The notes under the pieces are model-generated. The model saw nothing but the letters and a program-made list of their open reading frames with translations. It had not been told where the DNA came from and did not search any database. Shown here piece by piece: positions 55,301-64,000 of a stretch of 64,000 bases of DNA (its first letter is position 1; every line of letters starts with the position of its first letter). The position numbers and the translations under genes were made by a program. The stretch comes from Octopus vulgaris (Eukaryota): NCBI GenBank assembly GCA_951406725.2, contig OX597832.1:13392001-13456000 (forward strand). Direction: 5' to 3'.

Positions 55301-56797
55301 TGTGTTATATCATAATCGTAGGTACAGAGTAATTTTATTAGTATTAGTATTTGTTGAGAAAATCTATGTTCAACATACATTACAGCCATGACCCGGAAAA
55401 TTAAACACATAAATATAGGGACCGCTATAAGATCGAGGAGCTGAAAGAACTAAAGATAGTATATAAGTCTCGTTTAGGGTAATCGATTTTTTATCCAGTT
55501 TGCTGGTAGATTTGTTACGCAGATATATCATTTGAGGACAGGAAACATGAAACATCGGTTAATGACGTTGATCGTATGTTATACTGTTTAACGACAAGCA
55601 GATAAACTGAATAAAAACGATAATATTCGTCTTTGGCCAAAACTATCTCGGAAAGAGTATTTCATAACTTTATTCATTTCTGTTTATTGTTGGGGAGACA
55701 AAAATTTCTCAGACATGAATAAAACATAACTTGCCCTACATACTCGGTATGAGAAATTGGTACAAGGGTGGAACATACCCAAAGGCGTGACCCAAATGCC
55801 GCAATGAAGTTAAGCTACACACTTATAGAAAGACAAGTGCAAAGAGGAAATTACAGATAATCAATATTCAAGGATGGAAACATAGGGCATAATTGTTATG
55901 GTATTGCCTAGGTGTTGGGTACCACAGCGAAATGAGAAACTGAAAGGTCATGGGTTTCAGCAGTGCTCTTCCAGAAGTGGTCGAAAAATTGTCAATCATA
56001 CGACCATTATGGTAGTGACAGAAAGAATGAAGAGAAGAGACGATATTGGTGTAGTGTGTCTGTGACAGATATAACGCCAGAAAGTACATTGACGTTACTT
56101 TGGACACAGCCAAGCATGTCTGATTGTGTATAAGCAGCATCGACGTAGATGCAGAAACAGTAAAACTTCCGTGGATTTTACTTGACGTACGTACACTTTT
56201 TAGCAAGTCAAATATTTTATAGCTCTAGACTGAAAGTTCAATCTTGGATGTTGTAAAGCATGATATATCCACAAGCACTGTTGTCAGTGAAAGTACGTGG
56301 TATCATTTCGAGTTATCGAGAAGGTTGTATAGCTGTTAAATGTGGAGTGCATGTTCCGGTGAATTTTATTTATATGAGTAATACTGAAGAAATATTTAAG
56401 CGTAGCCCTACTTGAGTATGGTTTCTATGTTTCTGTTTACGTAACCTGTGAAGATTTGGTGAATGGTATTGATTTTGCGAAAAGGTGTGATTTGCAGTTG
56501 AGGAATTTTAAGTAAGAATGACAATTCCCTCTTGTTTGTCGTTGAACGTGATGCCTGATAAGTCGCAGATGTTCAGAAGAAAGTGAATGGAGGAAAATCC
56601 CAAAACGTGAGGTACGTCAGGGTTGACAAAATGAACCCAGCCGCATATATCATGATGGTGCGATGGAGCAGGGAAGCTACCGAATCAGGAAAATAGAGGT
56701 GTAATGAGGGCGAAGGTGGGTGATTTCGGTAGGAGTTTTGTATGGTACTCAGTTTCGAAGGTTTTACCACTGTATAAGGCGATAACATTACTTTTAA

Positions 56798-57009
56798 TGT
56801 GACAGTCCTGTAAGGGAATTACACTACCGCTGTTTAGCCTTAGGAAGCATCGACGCTTCCTGTCGGCCTTGACACATTTCCTGTGTACTTATATATTTTC
56901 GAAGGGGAGACAAACAGCCCCAACAGCTAGGCTTGCATCTAGAGTCTAGAGTAGCAGAGGCCTGCTAAGCTAAACAGAGGTGGTGTAATTCCCTTACAGG
57001 ACTGTCACG
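56798..57009. mobile_element. MITE with ~45-bp TIRs flanked by TTAA
   Basis: tgtgacagtcctgtaagggaattacactaccgctgtttagc ... gctaaacagaggtggtgtaattcccttacaggactgtcacg. Confidence 0.8.
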
Positions 57010-57464
57010 TTAAGTTGACAGTATACAACCACTCTATCGCTCCACCACCTTACATATCTGTATGAGATATTTAGAAATTTAATATTTCTGATTACTTTTA
57101 ACGCACTTTATAAAGTGAGAGCCCACAGAAGTTTCCAGAGCCCAGACTTTCCGGAAGAGATAGTTTTAGTACGTAGTCATATTATTAGCCAGCTAAAATC
57201 AGTAAAGGTGGGTCTGACCTGCGACAAACGATAGCAAAATAAAATCGAAATTTGAATTGCTGTCCACACATCTAGAATGAGAAAGGATATATTTTCTGAT
57301 ACATTGTAAATTATTATTTACATTTCCTGACAGACAAAATCTGTCGAGTTCAAAGTGTTATTTAAATCTATTATTTGACATGTTGTCGGAATTGCATATC
57401 CACCGCATCCGTTTAGCAATCTCTATTCTTGAAATGTGTAAGCACACACACATATATATACGTG

Positions 57465-57534
<70 letters not shown>

Positions 57535-57617
57535 ATGTATGTATGTGTGTATATATGTATATCAGTTTGTATCTGAGTGTGTATATATATGTCTATATAT
57601 ACATATAAGTATATGTA

Positions 57618-57688
<71 letters not shown>

Positions 57689-58254
57689 GTATGTATGTAT
57701 GTATGTATATATATGAGAATAAAGAATAAATATACATATACAGAGAGAGAGAGAGAAAGAGAGAAATCGAAAAGAGAGAGTGAGCGAGAGAGAGTGAGAC
57801 ATAGATAAATAGATAGATGTGTACGTTTCTTCACATGAATAGCGGATGTGTTGCATAGACATATCAAGAGGTAGCTGATTGGACGTGTGGACAGAAAATA
57901 TAGAGACGTGTAAATTTATGCTTTTGTTCATACAAAATTGTTTCTGTGTTTGTATATGTTTGTGTTGCTGCATATATCTATGAACGTGAGTATACACACG
58001 TTTGCATGTATATGCATATACATTTAAAGCAAAGAGATGTGATCCAGAGGAACTCAAACCCCAAGTAATGGTCAAAGTATTTGAAATTATACTCCGAAAT
58101 AGTTACCGTGTACTAACTCTATAGGAAAACAATGGCTATAAAAGGAATCTACGCGATGATATATGGAGATAATGGTGCAAATAAACAAATAGAACCGCTT
58201 CGGATATATATATATCAGTTAATATACATAAATATAGATAAAATATGTATACAG

Positions 58255-58439
58255 GGGCGCAGGAGTGGCTGTGTGGTAAGTAGCTTGCTAACCAACCACA
58301 TGGTTGCGGGTTCAGTCCCACTGCGTGGCATCTTGGGCAAGTGTCTTCTGCTATAGCCCCGGGCCGAGCAATGCCTTGTGAGTGGATTTGGTAGACGGAA
58401 ATTGAAAGAAACCTGTCGTATATATGTATATATATATAA

Positions 58440-58484
<45 letters not shown>

Positions 58485-58690
58485 TGTGTCTGTGTCTGTC
58501 CCCCTAGCATTGCTTGACAACTGATGCTGGTGTGTTTACGTCCACGTAACTTAGCTGTTCGGCAAAAGAGACCGATAGAATAAGTACTGGGCTTACAAAG
58601 AATAAGTCCCGGGGTCGATTCAATCGACTAAAGGCGGTGCTCCAGCATGGCTGCAGTCAAATGACTGAAAAAAGTAAAAGAGTAAAGAGT
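58255..58690 (+). mobile_element. SINE family A, full length
   Basis: Matches the family consensus. Confidence 0.9.
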
Positions 58691-58692
58691 AT

Positions 58693-58804
58693 AGGCGCAG
58701 GAGTGGGTGTATGGTAAGTAGATTGTTTACAACCACATGGTTCCGAGTTCAGTCCTACTTCTTTGAAAGAAGATTTGGTAGACAGAATCTGAAAGTGACC
58801 TGTC

Positions 58805-58858
<54 letters not shown>

Positions 58859-59045
58859 TACGTGTGTGTGTTTGGTTGTAACAATTTATGCGTTTCTGCG
58901 TTGACAACCGGTGTGGTGTTTATGCCCCGTAACCTAGCGGTTCGGTAAAAGAGATCGATAGAATAAGTACCAGACGTAAAACAAACATTACTGGGGTCGA
59001 TATTTTTTAATATAAATTCTTCAAGGCGGTGCCTGTGCATGGCTG
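58693..59045 (+). mobile_element. Older, diverged SINE family A copy in tandem
   Basis: Starts aggcgcaggagtgg directly after the previous tail; many mismatches and deletions. Confidence 0.75.
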
Positions 59046-59850
59046 ACGATAAACTTTCATGCATAAATATGTAGATATTTATATATTAAATGGCAAGCTT
59101 ACTCATAGTACAAAAACAAAGAACGGCCCCGACAGCTGTTTCTGGACTTTCGGAATTACTTGATAATTCTGGCAGATATAGATGTTCGCAAAAAGTCAAG
59201 AATATTCAACCGAAAGTGGAGGAATATATACATTCGGTTAATCTGGGTTTTGTCTTCAGATTGGAGACAGAGGTATGAAACTACATATATGTGTATATTT
59301 GTGTCCGTGTGTGTGCGCACGTATACATATGTGTCTGTGTGTATATGTGTCTGCGTGTGCTTGAGTGTGTGTGCGTGTGTGAGTGAGTGTGCGTGTGTAT
59401 GTGTGTGTTTATGTATATGTGTGTCGGCGTATGTGTGTATATCTATGTGTGTATGTGTATGGTTATCCCCCTGTGTATTTGTGTGTGCGCATAATGTGCA
59501 TGCGTGTACGTGCTTGCCTATGAATCTCCAAATGTATGTATTCTATGCCTTTTAAGCACTAGCTATTTATTTCTACCTTAATATTAATGGCCATCACAGA
59601 TAAATATATATCTAGCTGATATATATTCCAATCTGAACATAGAATACAATTTAGTACGTGTTCCTAACCTTTTAAATTTCTCATCCATTGATCAGGTCGT
59701 TCCTCCTTGTCCTCTCCCTTTCTTTCCCTCTCACCTTCCTTCCCTGTGTGGCCTCCCTTTTTGGGATCTCCTACATCCTTGATACGATAGTCTGTCTTTT
59801 CCTTTCTCTTTTCTGTCACATGCTATAGCTTTGGTGATTGTATTTTCTTG

Positions 59851-59941
59851 CGGACACCGGTGAGTTTCAGTCCACGATTGCATAGTGTTTATCAACTACC
59901 ATGCAATTATTTCAGCGTTTAGCTGAAACGCGCGTATGTTC
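59851..59941 (+). ncRNA. Decayed hammerhead-like motif
   Basis: ggaca-CCGGTGA-g...long helix II (ttgcat..atgcaa)...ct-GAAACGCGCGTA-tgttc. Confidence 0.45.
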
Positions 59942-60356
59942 TATAAAACATTGGACGAATTATTATTTGCAAGGGTATAAATTTTTTAGTAAAGGGAAAT
60001 GTGTAATCAATGTAATTAATGTTTTAAATGATGCTAATTATAGACGTGCTAAAGTAGTATGCGCAGATTGCAGTGCCAGCTACTGTTCATCATTTTCTTT
60101 CTCAATCACGGCATTGAGTTGCTTTCTGGGTTGCTCAGTACCACCCACCCTTCTTCCAGTTTGTAATTTTCTGCTCAGCAATATCGCTACCATATGTATC
60201 CTTGTTTTTTTTTCCTTTATATTTTACGATAATTATTTTTCAGAAGATGCCCCCTTAGTGTTAGGCATTAAGCGATAATTTTTACAGCGCTATTACAATA
60301 GTAGGTGTCAAAAGAAAATGGTACAATACCAATTGATATCACTAAGAACACATCTA

Positions 60357-60599
60357 TACTCTTTTACTCTTTTACTTGTTTCAGTCATTTGACTGTGGCC
60401 ATGCTGGAGCACTGCTTTTAGTCGAGCAAATCGACACCAGGACTTATTCTTTGTAAGCCTAGTACTTATTCTATCGGTTCTTTTGCCGAAACGCTAAGTT
60501 ACGGGGACGTAAACACAGCACCATCGGTTGCCAAGCGATGTTGTGTTTGTGTGTGTGTGGGGGCAATCACAGACATCTAAACATATACACACACATATA

Positions 60600-60600
<1 letters not shown>
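60357..60600 (-). mobile_element. SINE family A, 3' half
   Basis: Reverse-complement match; ends at the internal microsatellite. Confidence 0.85.
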
Positions 60601-60654
<54 letters not shown>

Positions 60655-60659
<5 letters not shown>

Positions 60660-61051
60660 GGATAAAATTTTTTTCGAAAAAAAATATTTTCCCAAAAAAA
60701 TATATATATTAAAAAATACTTTTAAAGGTTATATATATAATGCCAAATATGCCGAAAAATTGGACATATTGTCTATTAACCATATATTTTTTCACGATAC
60801 GCACGCTACTCGAAAAAGGTCGACAGAAATTTCTTTAAAATTCCATTATTACCGTATCGGACCGATTTCAGGGTTAGCTTATAACAGCCCTCCCTTCGTC
60901 AGTGATACATGTGGCAAAAGAAATAAATGAGATACTTACTCATACTCATGGAAGGAGCAAACACTAAGTCATGAGCACAGTTAAGTACCCCAAATACATC
61001 CAAAATAGATTTTTGGAAAATAATTTTTTTCCAAAAAAAATTATCCTACAT
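60655..61051 (-). mobile_element. Truncated PLE tail with ~42-bp terminal inverted copy, adjacent to (TA)n
   Basis: atgtaggataaaattttttt... and ...aaaaaaaattatcctacat are inverted; contains an HHR. Confidence 0.65.
60854..60908 (-). ncRNA. Type I hammerhead ribozyme, near canonical
   Basis: Minus gtatca-CTGACGA-AGGG agggct gttata agct aa CCCT-GAA-ATCGGT-C-cgatac. Confidence 0.75.
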
Positions 61052-61155
61052 TAGATATAAATTTAAGCGTTCACTTCCGGACTCTTTCACTCTATCGGTT
61101 CTTTCGGAAGCCGCTCAGCAAGAAAAGGAAACAAAATCGAAGGCAGAAGAAAATC

Positions 61156-61172
61156 TACCACTGCTGCTGCTG

Positions 61173-61225
<53 letters not shown>

Positions 61226-61226
61226 G

Positions 61227-61268
<42 letters not shown>

Positions 61269-61332
61269 CTGCTGCTGCTACTACTACTACTGATGCTGCT
61301 GCTGCCACTACTACTACTACTACTACTACTAA
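61156..61332 (+). repeat. (CTA)n/(CTG)n microsatellite
   Basis: Directly visible. Confidence 0.96.
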
Positions 61333-61349
61333 TAGTAATAATGTTAATT

Positions 61350-62480
61350 ATAATAACCAAGTGAGTAATTAGGAGGAAGGGTTACTTAACAGGAGAAGAA
61401 ATATCTCGGATAACTGAGAATTTTGGAAGACCCGGTGGATCGGCTACAAATGATGGTCGGAGATGAAAGCAGAGACATAGCATTTAACATCAGGGGTAAG
61501 AGTAGGCAGGAAGAAAAGAGGAATGGTGATGGGCTGTTAAGGATGAAGAACAGAACGTTATACAGTCAACTTTGATACTGTGGTGGGTGGACATGCAGGG
61601 GAATGAACCAACTAGATAATGAATTGTTTGAAATTGAAAGACGACTCACCGATTTGATGAAGGCTCCTGAAGAAAAATTCCCCATGAAAATAAGAAGGGC
61701 AGATAGGTGTGTGATAAATAAAGCAGCACGAAGATAAATGTTGTCATACCATACATCCAGACGGAGGACATAACACAAAGAAGGAATCTTCTCTAAGCTA
61801 TTGTGCTATATGTTGAAGAGAAATTACAACATAAGAGAACAAAAAAAAATAATAATAGTGCAGAAAAAGAATCATGGTGGAATCTACGCACAAAAAGGGA
61901 CATAATGCAGGCAAGGCAAAAATCTAGGGAAATTTGAGCAATGGTTAAGAGGAAACTGGAAAAATGAGGAAAATACCGAACGAGAAAAATTAGAGAAGAA
62001 ATATAAAATACGGAAAAACAGATTTCATGCAGTAAGAGACCAGTTAAAACAGATGATCATGGCAAAAAGCCAGAAGATTAGATGTGTGAACAGAAAGAAG
62101 CAATTCGAGGAGAACAGATTGTTCAAAAATATCCCGAAGCAATTCTTCCGAACTTTAGAAGGAAACAATGAAGAAAATGTTGCTTCTGATGCAAATCCAG
62201 TCAAGAAGTTCTCGAGCTGATTGTGGGGAAACAATGTGGCGCATAAAAGGGATACAGTATGGATAGGAACTGTCAAAATAGAATTACAAGGGGGAAAGAA
62301 ACAAAGGAAGATTGTCATAAGGTGAAGTGGGTAAAGCGCGTTAATGGAAAGTTCCGGACCTGATGGCATTCATGGCTTCTGGTTGAAGAGACGCCACACG
62401 GTGCATGAAAGACTAGCAGCCCAATTGAATGAGTGTGTCCAGAAAGGTACAGTCCCCGCGTGAATGTTGAGTGGGAGGAG
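61350..62480 (+). pseudogene. R4/Dong-clade non-LTR element N-terminal and pre-RT remnant
   Basis: QLKQMIMAKSQKIR..QFEENRLFKNIPKQFFR, VPGPDGIHGFWLKR, HERLAAQLNECVQKGTVPA*MLSGR. Confidence 0.8.
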
Positions 62481-62487
62481 AGGTCAT

Positions 62488-62600
62488 TTTCATAGCATCT
62501 TATCCGATGGCCGGATAACTGTAGACATGGTGGCGTAGATTTCAACCCAGGCATCCGAAACACGGAGTTTTATCATGGCTACCGAATAATTGTCACATAT

Positions 62601-62602
<2 letters not shown>
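62488..62602 (+). mobile_element. Diverged solo pseudo-LTR fragment of the 41-44 kb PLE family, with HHR
   Basis: tggccgGATAA-CTGTAGA-catg...catcc-GAAACacgGAGTT-TTATCatggcta aligns with 41558-41650; ends in (TA)n. Confidence 0.75.
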
Positions 62603-62646
<44 letters not shown>

Positions 62647-62871
62647 TATAGATATACCAGTTTTATATCTGTAGATGTCACTTATATCCGTGTGAATATG
62701 TATCAGTTTCAATCGCTTTTACGTCAAATATATTTGTGAACAATATATTTGCTGAGGCAATATCGCTTCTCTCAAATTCCCACTTAATTAATTTCGTGTC
62801 TAGCATTCATCTTTTTGCAAATAACTAAATGCCTAAGTTTTATTTAATCTCATATTACATCCGTACACACA

Positions 62872-63126
<255 letters not shown>

Positions 63127-64000
63127 GTATTGCTGATTATAAACTGAGGAATATCGATATGCATATCTATGTTTTGTGGTTCAAAATTTCAATTAAAATT
63201 TCAAAATGTAAAAATGAAGAAGGAAAAAATATTTTTAAGATTACTTCCATTTCTCACTAATGTCTAAATTCTATACTAGGTATCTTCAATCATATTCTTT
63301 GAAATATTAATTACGATATACTTCATATGATATTTTGATAAACTCTACATGTTATATAGCTAAAATAAAACTCCCGATTTGTAAGTTGAAATGACAAGCA
63401 AAGGAAAAAGAAACACACTTATTTTAAAATTATTCATTGATGGAGTTGTTTTAATTAAAAATTACAAAATATGTAAAATAGAACGCGAAGATATGATTAA
63501 TTTCTATGCGTATCAAAAAACGAATTTAGAAAGAATTTTTGTTATTAAGCAATAGCGCTCTACAGTATATCTTCAACTTGTTTCCGTCATTTTATTGCAG
63601 TTGTGCCGGGGCAAAGTTTTCTATAGGTAAATGGAAGAGATCGACCCGATTCTTATTCTTAAGAGTCGTACTCATTATACAGATCTTGTTTTCGCCGAAA
63701 CTGACAGGTTACATGGACATAAATAATCAGCGTAGTTTGTCAACACAGGTCGTCAAGCTACGGTAGATTCTAATACAAACTCAAGTATCCATACCCAAAC
63801 ATACGAATTTCTTCAAAACTGTTTCAGTCAACAAAATTAAATTTCAAGGCAATAGTAGGATAGAATATACATGCTCTATAGGATGTAAGGCGAAAGGTAA
63901 CCCGATTGAATGGTTTATTTTTGTTAAGGTACTAACATAGGCAAAGTGATAAGGATAAAATCTAAAGTATTTAAATAAAATTATACTGTTTACAATATGC

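Noticed and set aside
55870-56600. Possible LINE endonuclease relic upstream of the RTE fragment
   Set aside because: Too degraded; no catalytic motif could be read with confidence.

Overview
Eukaryotic, AT-rich, microsatellite-dense intergenic or intronic DNA. The SINE families and simple-repeat load suggest an octopus (coleoid cephalopod) genome; this is an inference. No intact host gene is supportable, and nearly all ORFs in the supplied track are microsatellite translations or chance ORFs. The only near-intact coding unit is a ~3.0 kb Penelope-like retroelement (PLE, 41283-44315): reverse transcriptase (RT) plus C-terminal GIY-YIG, one homopolymer frameshift, ~444-bp direct pseudo-LTRs, inserted in (TA)n. 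Each pseudo-LTR folds into a variant type I hammerhead ribozyme (HHR). About a dozen HHR-like motifs occur across the window, mostly in truncated PLE tails, several with an inverted copy of their own 3' end at the 5' junction. One module combines a tRNA-like Pol III head, an (AAT)n tract and an HHR, and flanks a PLE RT remnant as inverted repeats (2583-4830). Other content: at least four tRNA-SINE families; mariner/Tc1, pogo-like, MULE and Helitron relics; R4/Dong, RTE and CR1 LINE relics; two decayed inverted ankyrin-like paralogues; and a perfect 129-bp templated insertion.
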